Positions 19,589 through 32,525 of a stretch of DNA of 64,000 nucleotides are shown here, piece by piece (positions within the stretch are counted from its first letter, which is position 1; each line of letters opens with the position of its first letter). Location: assembly GCA_963700145.1 (NCBI GenBank), contig OY969474.1, positions 3,680,001 to 3,744,000 of the forward strand, read 5' to 3'. The stretch comes from an uncultured Acidobacteriota bacterium (GTDB taxonomy: Bacteria; Acidobacteriota; Thermoanaerobaculia; Multivoradales; UBA5704). Under the pieces are notes generated by a model. The model saw only the letters and a list, made by a program, of their open reading frames with translations, ran no database searches and was not told where the DNA came from. The position numbers and the translations under genes were made by a program.

Positions 19589-20689
19589 TCAGGCGGCGGC
19601 GTGGGCGAGGCGCACCGGCAGCCGGCGCGCTCCCCAGGTGCCGGGACGGGGCTCGAAGCGGCCGGGGCAGGGGGTGCCGCAGGCGGCGCAGCGGCCGGCG
19701 GCGTCGAGGTGCCAGTCGGTCAGGGTGAACCAGTCGCGGCCGATGACGACCGCGCCGCAGCCGTGGCAGTAGGTGCTCGCCCCGGCTTCGTCGTGGACGT
19801 TGCCGGTGTAGACGTAGCGCAGGCCGTTGGCCAGGCCGATGCGGCGGGCGCGCGTCAGGGTGGCGGGCGGCGTCGGCGGCTTGTCCAGCATCTTCCAGTC
19901 GGGGTGGAAGGCGGTGAAGTGGAGCGGGACGTCGGGCCCCAGCTCGGCGGCGACCCAGCGGGTGAGGGCGTCGAGCTCGGCGTCGGAGTCGTTCTCGCCG
20001 GGGATGAGCAGGGTGGTGATCTCGAACCAGACGGCGGTCTCGTGCTTCAGGTACTTGAGGGTGTCGAGGACCGGTCCCAGCTCGCCGCCGCAGACCTGGC
20101 GGTAGAAGCGGTCGGTGAAGCCCTTGAGATCGACGTTGGCGGCGTCCATGAAGCGGTAGAACTCGGCGCGCGGCTCGGGGCACACCTCGCCGGCGGTCAC
20201 CGCCACGGAGGCGATCCCGGCCTCGCGGCAGGCGGCGGCGACGTCGATGGCGTACTCGTGGAAGATGACGGGGTCGTTGTAGGTGAAGGCGACGCTACGG
20301 CAGCCGAGGCGGCGGGCGGCGGCGGCGATTTTTTCGGGGCTGGCCTGGTCGGCGAGGGTGTCGACTTCGCGCGATTTGCTGATGTCCCAGTTCTGGCAGA
20401 ACTTGCAGGCCAGGTTGCAGCCGGCGGTGCCGAAGGAGAGGACTGGGGTGCCGGGGAGGAAGTGGTTGAGGGGTTTTTTCTCGATGGGGTCGACGCAGAA
20501 GCCGGAGGAGCGGCCGTAGGTGGTGAGGACGATCTGGTCGCGCTCGCGGGCGCGGACGAAGCAGAGGCCGCGCTGGCCTTCCAGGAGCTTGCAGAACCTC
20601 GGGCAGAGGTCGCACTGGACGCGGCCGTTTTCTAGGGCGTGCCAGTACTTGGTGGGGACGTAGTTCCCGCCTGGGAGGGTCTCGCGCAT
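19589..20689 (-). CDS. amrS: AmmeMemoRadiSam system radical SAM enzyme
   Basis: CDLCPRFC, DPIEKKPL, CNLACKFCQNW. Confidence 0.9.
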   Translation of the reverse strand: MRETLPGGNYVPTKYWHALENGRVQCDLCPRFCKLLEGQRGLCFVRARERDQIVLTTYGRSSGFCVDPIEKKPLNHFLPGTPVLSFGTAGCNLACKFCQNWDISKSREVDTLADQASPEKIAAAARRLGCRSVAFTYNDPVIFHEYAIDVAAACREAGIASVAVTAGEVCPEPRAEFYRFMDAANVDLKGFTDRFYRQVCGGELGPVLDTLKYLKHETAVWFEITTLLIPGENDSDAELDALTRWVAAELGPDVPLHFTAFHPDWKMLDKPPTPPATLTRARRIGLANGLRYVYTGNVHDEAGASTYCHGCGAVVIGRDWFTLTDWHLDAAGRCAACGTPCPGRFEPRPGTWGARRLPVRLAHAAA

Positions 20690-20737
20690 GCCTTTGGTCC
20701 AACGGACTAAGAGACTAGCTGCATTCCCCTGGTGAGG

Positions 20738-20901
20738 GGGCCGTTCGGGGGTGCTCCTCCGGGGACCGCCGCGCGCGTTGGTTGACTTCCTGATCTGAGG
20801 CGCGCGGCTGCGCTTCGCATCGCGCCAAGTCGTTCGTGGCCTGCCTGGGATTTACCAGGCGCTCGCTCAGAGCTCCCCGGAGGAGCACCCCCGAACGGCC
20901 C
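20738..20901 (-). repeat. Structured non-coding element (MITE- or ncRNA-like), copy A
   Basis: Perfect 28-bp terminal inverted repeat (20738-20765 / 20874-20901); interior homologous to 60662-60827. Confidence 0.8.
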
Positions 20902-20933
20902 GGGACCGTTGTTCCTTGCCTTGAAAGGCACGA

Positions 20934-20979
20934 TTGTCATCCCGAGCGTGAGCGAGGGATCTGGGCGGGGGGCGGTGCG
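20934..20979 (+). repeat. REP-like GTCATCC...GGATCT repeat (family A)
   Basis: TTGTCATCCCGAGCGTGAGCGAGGGATCTGGGCGGGGGGCGGTGCG, identical over 46 bp to 58373-58418. Confidence 0.85.
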
Positions 20980-20982
20980 ACG

Positions 20983-22836
20983 TCAGTCCGTCTCTGCTGG
21001 CGTCGTGGCGAGAGCCTGGAGGTCCGCGAGGGAGCGCAGCTCGCCCCCTCTTGCTACCCACCGGAGGTGCCGGTAGGCGGTAGTCGAGGCTGTGGGGTCG
21101 GCGGAGAGGACTAGGAGGTCGGCGGCTTTGCCGGCGGTCAGGGTGCCCAGGTCTTCGCGGCCGAGGGCCTTCGCGGCGGTGCTGGTGGCGGCGACTAGGA
21201 CTTGGGCGGGGGTTAGGCCGGCGGCTTCCATGGCTGCTAGCTCGGCGTGGATGGCGGGGCCGTGGAGGGTGAGGGGGTTGCCGGCGTCGGTGCCGAGGGC
21301 GATGGGGACGCCGGCGGCGGCCAAGCGCTTCAGGTTCGCGGCGGCGACTTGCTCTTCCTGGGCTAGGCGGCGCGCGCGGGCCTCCAGGGTGGCGGCGGCG
21401 GGGACTGCGGCGCGGTAGGTCGCGGTCTCGGCGAGCTTGGCGCGGGTCGCGGGGTCGACGCAGCCGTTGGGGTCGTCGACGGCGGGGGCCTCGCCGCGGG
21501 CGGCGGCGGCGAAGAGGCGGGTGTAGCCGGCGGGGACGGTGAGCGTGGGGGAGTAGATCGCGCCGCTCGATTTGGCGAGCTGGACGAATTCGTCGTCGAT
21601 CGGCTCCCAGACGCTGTGCACCAGGAGCCTGGCGCCGGCGCGCAGGGCAGCCTTGGCCTCGGCGAGGCCGGTGGCGTGGACGATGAGCGGCAGGTCGCGC
21701 GCCCGCGCTTCGGCGCCGGCGGCGGCGACGATCGGCTCGAACTTGGCGACGTCGGCGGGCCCCTCGACGATGTACCAGACCTTGACCGCGTCGGCGCCGC
21801 GGGCGGCGAGGTCGCGCACCGCGGCGCGCGCCGTCTCGGCGTCGGGGATGGGGACGAACTGCCGCTCGCCGGGGAGGTTGAGCCAGTGGTCGATGGTCGA
21901 GAGGAGAGGGCCGGCGGCGGCGAGGCGCGGCACGTCGGTGCGCGGCTCGATCTCCGCGCGCAGCCCGAGCGTCCAGGGGTAGCCGCCGACGTCGAAGACC
22001 GCCGTGACGCCCGAGCAGAGCTGCGAGCGGAGCAGGCGCTCGGGGTGGGAGCGCAGCTCGGCCTGCACGCGCTCGTACGGGTGGCGGTCGCGGACGTCGA
22101 GCGCGTCCGGGCGGCCGTCGGCCCAGCCGGTCTGCGAGAGGTGGACGTGGGTGTCGATCAGGCCGGGGGTGATCCAGTGGCCGGCGACGTCGGTCGTTGC
22201 CACCCCCGCCGGCGGCGGGCAGGCGGCGCGCGGGCCGGCGCACTCGACCTTGCCGTCGCGCAGGACGACGACGGCGTCCGGGACCGGCGGCGCGCCGCTG
22301 CCGTCGAGGAGGGTGCCGCCGACCAGGGCGCGCGGCGGCGGCGGGACGCCCGGCAGCGCCTCGAAGGCGGTGGAGACCGCGATCTTCCAGCCCTCCCCCG
22401 CCGCCGGCCGGCGGCGGGTCAGTCACCTCGACGAAGACGCGCTCCGAGAGCCCGATCGCCTCCGCGGCGCCGTAGCGGACGCGGTAGCGGTAGGTGCCGT
22501 AGACGACGCCGGGCTGGACGCGCACGAGGCGCAGGTCCTGGGCGTCGAAGGCGTCCGGCCAGTTCTCGCCGGTCGCGGTCGTGCCGGCGAGGTCCTCGTA
22601 GCCGAGGGTGAAGCCGGTCGGGCCGGTGCGGGCGAGGGACTCCGACTGGAGATAGCACGCGAGGTAGCCGTCGGGGTCGCGGCGGCGGATGGCGTCGAGG
22701 TTGCGCTCGAAGAGCGCCCGCGCGGCGGCGAGGTCAGCCTCCGCGGCGGGATCGGCCGCCGGGCCGTTGGCCCGGGCCGCGGGCGCGGCGCCGAACAGCA
22801 GGACGGAAGCGAGGAGGAGGACGAGGAGCGGGAAGA
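20983..22836 (-). pseudogene. Secreted NTF2-like + amidohydrolase protein, frameshifted near 22395; start unresolved
   Basis: Signal peptide and NTF2-like domain in one frame; WKIAVSTAF...PGLIDTHVH...GTDAG amidohydrolase in another frame. Confidence 0.7.
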
Positions 22837-22911
22837 TGGCTCCTGGGGAGGGATTTGAACCCCCGACCAATCGGTTAACAGCCGATCGCTCTACCACTGA
22901 GCTACCCAGGA
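22837..22911 (-). tRNA. tRNA-Asn(GTT)
   Basis: Cloverleaf TCCTGGG/CCCAGGA, anticodon loop CTGTTAA, TTCAAAT, encoded CCA. Confidence 0.96.
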
Positions 22912-22982
22912 GTGTGTGGCCCCGACACCCGCGCGCGCCATAGCGGCGCGCGGGGCGAGGATTGTACCGCAGGTTCGGCGGC

Positions 22983-23018
22983 GCCCCCGCCCAGATCCTT
23001 CGCTGCGCTCAGGATGAC
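22983..23018 (-). repeat. REP-like repeat (family A) downstream of rpoD
   Basis: GCCCCCGCCCAGATCCTTCGCTGCGCTCAGGATGAC. Confidence 0.85.
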
Positions 23019-23036
23019 GCGCGCGGAGCGCGCGCG

Positions 23037-24745
<1,709 letters not shown>

Positions 24746-24749
<4 letters not shown>

Positions 24750-26554
24750 ATGGTCCTCCTGGTCGAGCCCGCGTGCAGGACGCGGCTCAGACCGGTCTTC
24801 TCGCGCAAGAGGCTCTCGAGGCGCGGCTCATCCCCGAGGCGCTGCGCCTCGTCGATCTCGGACGACAGTTCCCGCAGTCGTTGCCGGCGCCAGCGGCGCT
24901 CCAGCTTGTCGAGGGACTCTCCCAGGCCAGGTTTGCCGGGGTTAAACTCCCCTTCTAACAGAACCTGCGCCACCCGGTCAATCGCTCGTCCCTCCGAGCC
25001 AAGTGCCGCGAGGACCGCCCGCGCCTCCGGGGGGGAGCCCTCTCCCTCCCCGTATAGAGTGCGGAAAGCGCGGTAAATATTCCTGCAATCGGCGTCGAAA
25101 AAGACCTCCGGCGGGGGTAGATCGGCCGGGGGCGGGAGCGGCTCGCCGCCGGCGGCGGAAAGCAGGCGGGCGAGGACCTCCTCCTCCAGCGTCCGGACCA
25201 GGCGCTGGGCCGGGGCGGCGGGGGCCGCGGCGCCGGCGCCGGGCCGCTGGCCGGCCGGGCGGTCGCCGGCCCCCTCCAGGCGGCGGGCGAGCATCTCCGG
25301 CGGCACCCGCAGCCGCTCGGCGGCCAGCCGGGCGTAAGCGAAGCGGAGGATGGCGTCGGGGATCGGCCGCAGCAGCTCCGTCACCTCGCGGGCGGCCTTG
25401 GCCTGGAGGCGCGGCTCGCGGGCGGCCCCGGCCGGGACCAGCCGCTCCAGCTCCAGGGCGACGGCGTCGGGGGCCTTCTCGAAGGCGGCGCGCACCGCCG
25501 CCTCCCCCTCGGCGAGCCGCAGCGAGTCCGGGTCGTGGCCGGCGGGGAAGCGGGCGCGGCGCGCGCCCAGCCCCTCGGCCAGGAGGAGCGGCAGGGCCCG
25601 CAGGTGCGCCGCCTCGCCGGCGCGGTCGCCGTCGTAGCCGACGACGACCTCCTCGGCGTAGCGCGCGAGGAGCCGCGCCTGCTCGGGCGTCAGCGCGGTG
25701 CCCATGCCGGCGACCGCGCCTTCGACGCCCGCCGCCACCGTCCCCAGGACGTCGAAGTACCCCTCGACGAGGTAGGCGCGGCCGGTCTCGCGGATGGCGC
25801 GCTTGGCCTGGTGCAGGCCGTAGAGGAGGGTCCCCTTGTGGAAGCTCTCGGTCTCGGCGGTGTTCAGGTACTTCGCCTTGTCGTCGCCGAGCGCCCGGCC
25901 GCCGAAGCCGACCAGCCGCCCCGAGGCGTTGTGGATCGGGAACATCAGGCGGTGGCGGAAGCGGTCGTACAGCTCGCCGCCGCGCTCGCTCTTGGCGATG
26001 AGGCCGGCGGCCTCGAGGTCGGCGGCCGGGACGCGGCGCTCCAGGGCCTGCTGGAGGGCGTGCCAGGAGTCGGGCGCGTAGCCGACGCCGAAGCGAGCGG
26101 CGAGCTCGCGCGAGACCTGGCGGCTTTCGAGGTATTTCTGCGCCGGCGGGTGCTGCTCGAGCTGCTCGGCGAAGAACTCGGCGGCGGCCTGCAGGGCGCC
26201 TTCGAGGTCGCGCTCCGGGCGGCCGCCGCGGCGGCGCTCGCCGCGGGCGGGGAGCGGGATGCCGTAGCGGCCGGCGAGGCTCTCGATGGCGGCGGGGAAG
26301 TCGTCGCCGGAGAGCAGCATGTGGAGCTTGATGGCGTCGCCGCCCTGGCCGCAGCCGAAGCAGTAGAAGAGGCCTTGCACGGGGTCGACGCTGAAGGAGG
26401 GGGTCTTCTCCTTGTGCAGCGGGCAGAGCCCCTGGAAGCGGCGGCCGGACTTGCGCAGCCGGGTGTGCTCGGAGGCGAGCGCGACGACGTCCACGGCGTC
26501 GCGCACGGCCTGGACGAGCTGCGGGGTGATCTGGACGTTGCCTAGGCCGGGCAT
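24746..26554 (-). CDS. dnaG: DNA primase
   Basis: [11 protein letters not shown] zinc finger, KYLNT, VEGYFD, YDGD TOPRIM. Confidence 0.97.
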
Positions 26555-26600
26555 CGCTGCCTCAGTTAGACGCAGTAGCGCCGCGGATCATGGCACGCGG

Positions 26601-29006
<2,406 letters not shown>

Positions 29007-29012
29007 CGCCTG

Positions 29013-29049
29013 AAAAAGCGAACGGGAGCGGGCGTGACCCCGCTCCCGT
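29013..29049 (-). terminator. Intrinsic terminator after rpsU
   Basis: ACGGGAGCGGG/CCCGCTCCCGT stem; T-run on the minus strand. Confidence 0.65.
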
Positions 29050-29078
29050 CGTGTTGCGGCTCGTCTGTGGGGCCTAGG

Positions 29079-29288
29079 TCAGGCCAGACCCTGGCGGCGC
29101 TCCTCCGCGAGCTTACGCAACGCCTTCTTGCGGGCCTGTACGGTCTTCCGCTTGCGCTTGACGGAAGGCTTCTCGAAGTGCTGGCGCTTGCGCAGCTCGG
29201 TCAGGATCCCGGACTTCTCGACCTTGCGCTTGAAGCGACGCAGCGCGTTCTCGAAGCTCTCCTCTTCGCGCACGTGCACTACCGGCAT
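29079..29288 (-). CDS. rpsU: 30S ribosomal protein S21
   Basis: [10 protein letters not shown]...[12 protein letters not shown]. Confidence 0.97.
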   Translation of the reverse strand: MPVVHVREEESFENALRRFKRKVEKSGILTELRKRQHFEKPSVKRKRKTVQARKKALRKLAEERRQGLA

Positions 29289-29362
29289 TCGCTGATCACC
29301 TCTCTTCTCTGGGGCCTTGGGGTGTCATCTGTCCGGGGGGCCATGCCCGGCGGTAACCGCGG

Positions 29363-29392
29363 ATTGTGGCCCGGGGGCAGGGGGGGCGTCAA
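29363..29392 (-). promoter_or_regulatory. Predicted rpsU operon promoter
   Basis: Minus strand TTGACG-N18-CACAAT. Confidence 0.5.
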
Positions 29393-29398
29393 GCCGTG

Positions 29399-29622
29399 GG
29401 AGATCTATCTCCGGGTCCTCGGGATAAATCCCGGACGGCTGGAGATCTATCTCCAGGCCCGGGAGATAGATCTCCGGAGGTTGGAGATACATTTCCGGGT
29501 CCTCGGGATAGATCCCGGACGGTTGGAGATCTATCTCGGGGCCCGGGAGATCTATCTCCGGCGCTTGGAGATACATCTCCGGCGCCCGGAGATCTATTTC
29601 GTGGTGCAAAAGATAAATCCCG
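29399..29622. repeat. Tandem array of 11 x 21-bp units with a 14-bp palindromic core
   Basis: GGAGATnnATCTCC plus 7-bp linker at exact 21-bp period. Confidence 0.92.
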
Positions 29623-29656
29623 TGGTGTCGCCGGAGGGTCCTGGGAGCCTGGGGGC

Positions 29657-30468
29657 TTAGCTGGTGGCCGCGGCGCGGGAGCGGCGCGGGGCCGGGGCCG
29701 GCCGGGCGGGGGCGACGGGCTGTCCTTGGGGCTTCGCCTGGACGGCCTCGAAGTCGAGCTGGTAGACCTTGAGCGCCGGGGCCGGCGGCGGATCGGCGGA
29801 CTTGGCGAACCAGACCGCGGCGGCCGAGCCGGCGGCGTCCTTGGGGTAGAACCAGGCGACCACCCCGCGGCTCGCCCCCTTGCCGGCGTACTCGCGGACG
29901 TTGTGCGGGTTGGGGGCGCCGAGGAGGTCGCGCACCTGCTCGCCGCTCATCCCGGCCTTGACCTGGTCGAAGCGGGCGCGGGTCATGAAGCGGCCGCGCT
30001 CGATCCGCTTCACCTCGGCCGCCAGGCGCGGGTTGCCCGGGTCCACGAGCAGGGCGCCGCGCAGGATCTCGAGCGCCCGCCGGTAGTCCCCCCCTCCTCG
30101 ATGTACTCGCGGGCGACGCGGATGTCCTCGTCGCTGCGCAGGCGGAGCGCCTGGCGCTGGCGCGCCGTGAGCGGCTCGCCCTGGCGCGGCGGGTCGGAGT
30201 TGATGAAGTCGGCGAGGCGGCGGTCGAGCTCCTGGGCGGCGAGGTCGATCTGCGCCGCGAGGACGCCCGGGTCCTTGGCTTTGCTTTCGGCCAGCCGCGC
30301 GCGCTGGGCGTCCAGGTCCTGCTTGGTGGCGGTGATCCAGCGCCACTCGGCCTCGCGGGCGGCGGCGAGCGCGCTCGCCTCGGTCTCTTCGGGTCCCCGC
30401 GCGCATCCCGCGGCGAGGAGGACCGCCAGCGCGCCCGCGCGCAATGCTCTCGAAACACCTCTGCGCAT
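29657..30468 (-). pseudogene. Lipoprotein with BamE/SmpA-like C-terminal domain, frameshifted at a G7 tract (30088-30094)
   Basis: Lipobox LAAGC; ...EYIEEGG continues as DYRRALEIL...FDQVKAGMSGEQVRDLLGAP in another frame. Confidence 0.7.
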
Positions 30469-30587
30469 CCTGCGACCTCCTGCAACGCGCGCGGCGGCGA
30501 AGGTAGCACGGCGGTCGAAGACTGGACAACCGCTCCCCCCTCCCGAATAATCTCCTCTTTCTCCACCCCAGGCGCGGGAGCCGGACG

Positions 30588-32474
30588 ATGCCGTTTAGCG
30601 AGAGAGTCGAGGAGCTGGACCGCGAGATCCGCAGCACGGTCGCGCGCGCCTTCACCGAGCTGCGCGACGAGCTGGCGGAGCGGCTCCGCCGCTCGCACGA
30701 GGACCTGCTGGTCCACCTCGAAGAGCGCGAGCCCACCCTGCCGGACGAGCTGCTCAGCCTCTCCGAGCTGGCGCCGATCGCCGCGCAGGAGGCCGAGACC
30801 GCCCGCCGCGCCGCCTTCGCCGAGCTGCGCGACGGTCTCGCCGCGCTCGATCACGCCCGCTCGCAGGCCGACGTCCTCGCGGCGCTCCTCGAGGCGGCAG
30901 GCCGCTACGCCTCGCGCTCCCTTCTCCTCTTGACCCGCGCCGGCGAGCTGCGCGGCTGGGGCGGCCGCGGCTTCGGCGACGAGGCGGCGGTGCGCGCCCT
31001 CGGCCTGCCGCTGCCCGAAGGCGGCCCCTGGGCCACCCTCGCCGGCGGCGGCGGCACGGTGCCGCTCTCCGCGCCGCAGTGCGCCGAGCTGTGCAGCCGG
31101 CTCGAGAGCGAGCTGCCGCGCGACGGCGTGCTGGTGCCGCTCGTCTTGCGCGACCGCGTCGCGGCGGCCCTCTACGCCGACCGCACCGGCGGCGACGAGC
31201 TGCTGCTCGAGCCGCTGCAGGCGCTGGTCTACGCGGCGGCGCAGGCCATCGAGTCCCTCCCCTTCCGCGAGCGCGGCTCGACGGCGACGCTGCGCCTCGC
31301 CGTGGTCGAGGCGCCGCCCGAGGCCGCGCCGGTCGAGGAAGCGGCGGCGGAGCCCCCGGCCGCGGCCGGCGAGCCCGCGGCCGCGCCGGAAGCGCCGCCG
31401 GCGGTCGAGGGGATGATCGCCGCCGAGGCGGAGCCGGCCGTGCCCGAGACCGCGCCGGAACCGGGCGCGGCAGCGCCCGCCGGCGAGGCGCCCTGGGGCG
31501 AGGAGCGTTGGGAAGACGAGCCGGCCATCGCCTCGACCGAGGCCGCGGTGGTGGCGGCCGAGACCGGCGCCTGGCAGGCCGAGGCGGCGCGCGAGACCCC
31601 CGAGGCGGCCGCCGAGACGGCGCCCTGGGCGGTCGTGCCGCCGCCCAGCGCCGCCGCGGAGGCGGCCCCGGTCTGGGGGGAGTCGCTCGAGGAGGACGAG
31701 ACGGCCGGCATGACGCCGTCGCTCGACGACACGGCCGCCATCTCCGGCTCCCCGCTCGAGGACACTGAGGCCGGCTCCTGGCGGCTGGAGGACGAGAGGC
31801 TGGCCGCGGTCGCCGAGCCCCCGGCACCGGAGCCGGCGCCCGAACCGCCCGAGACGACCGTCGAGAGCTGGCGCTCGGCCCCCACCGCCGGCTGGCAGCT
31901 CCCGCGCTACCGGGAGCCGGCTGCCGAGCCGCCGGCCGCCGAGCCGGTCGAGCCCGCCGCGACGGCTGCGGAAGCGGCCCCAGAGCCGCTCGGCGCGCAG
32001 GAGACCGAGGCGCCCGCGGCCCAGAGCCAGGAGACGGTGATGCTGCGCACCCCGGTGACCGAGCCGGTCCCCTCGCCCTACGGCGGGCCGGCCGCCGCGC
32101 CGCCGCCGCCGAGCCCGGCCCAGACCGTCCGCATCGCGGCCTTCGGCGGCGAGGTGCAGCCGCCGCAGGACGTCCAGGGCCCGGGTTGGGCGTTCGCCAC
32201 CGCCCGGATCCCGACGGCCGGGGTGGACGAGCACGAGGAGGCGCGGCGGCTGGCACGGCTGCTGGTCTCGGAGATCAAGCTCTACAACGAGGAGCAGGTC
32301 GAGGAGGGGCGGCGCAACCGCGACCTCTACGAGCGGCTCAAGGACGACATCGACCGCTCGCGCCAGCTCTACGAGGAGCGGGTGGACCAGAGGATCCTCA
32401 ACTCGACCGATTACTTCTACCAGGAGCTGGTGCGCATCCTGGCCGCGGGCGACTCGCGGGCGCTGGGGATCTGA
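30588..32474 (+). CDS. Uncharacterised protein: GAF-like N-terminus, Ala/Glu/Pro-rich linker, helical C-terminal domain
   Basis: LVPLVLRDRVAAALYAD; C-terminal ARRLARLLVSEIKLYNE. Confidence 0.65.
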   Translation: MPFSERVEELDREIRSTVARAFTELRDELAERLRRSHEDLLVHLEEREPTLPDELLSLSELAPIAAQEAETARRAAFAELRDGLAALDHARSQADVLAALLEAAGRYASRSLLLLTRAGELRGWGGRGFGDEAAVRALGLPLPEGGPWATLAGGGGTVPLSAPQCAELCSRLESELPRDGVLVPLVLRDRVAAALYADRTGGDELLLEPLQALVYAAAQAIESLPFRERGSTATLRLAVVEAPPEAAPVEEAAAEPPAAAGEPAAAPEAPPAVEGMIAAEAEPAVPETAPEPGAAAPAGEAPWGEERWEDEPAIASTEAAVVAAETGAWQAEAARETPEAAAETAPWAVVPPPSAAAEAAPVWGESLEEDETAGMTPSLDDTAAISGSPLEDTEAGSWRLEDERLAAVAEPPAPEPAPEPPETTVESWRSAPTAGWQLPRYREPAAEPPAAEPVEPAATAAEAAPEPLGAQETEAPAAQSQETVMLRTPVTEPVPSPYGGPAAAPPPPSPAQTVRIAAFGGEVQPPQDVQGPGWAFATARIPTAGVDEHEEARRLARLLVSEIKLYNEEQVEEGRRNRDLYERLKDDIDRSRQLYEERVDQRILNSTDYFYQELVRILAAGDSRALGI

Positions 32475-32525
32475 CCACGGTCGGAATTCGGGAATCGACG
32501 TCTGCAGCAAGGAGTTGATGTTGCC

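Noticed and set aside
19589-20689. amrS without amrA/amrB neighbours
   Set aside because: Partner genes can lie elsewhere in the genome, so their absence from this window is uninformative.
29399-29622. 21-bp array as a CRISPR array
   Set aside because: Linkers are only 7 bp and are themselves repeated, and no cas genes are present.
29366-29660. Heptad-repeat peptide ORFs across the array (EIYLRVL GINPGRL...)
   Set aside because: Several frames are open simply because the unit is 21 bp and stop-free. There is no convincing start or RBS, and conservation follows the DNA palindrome.
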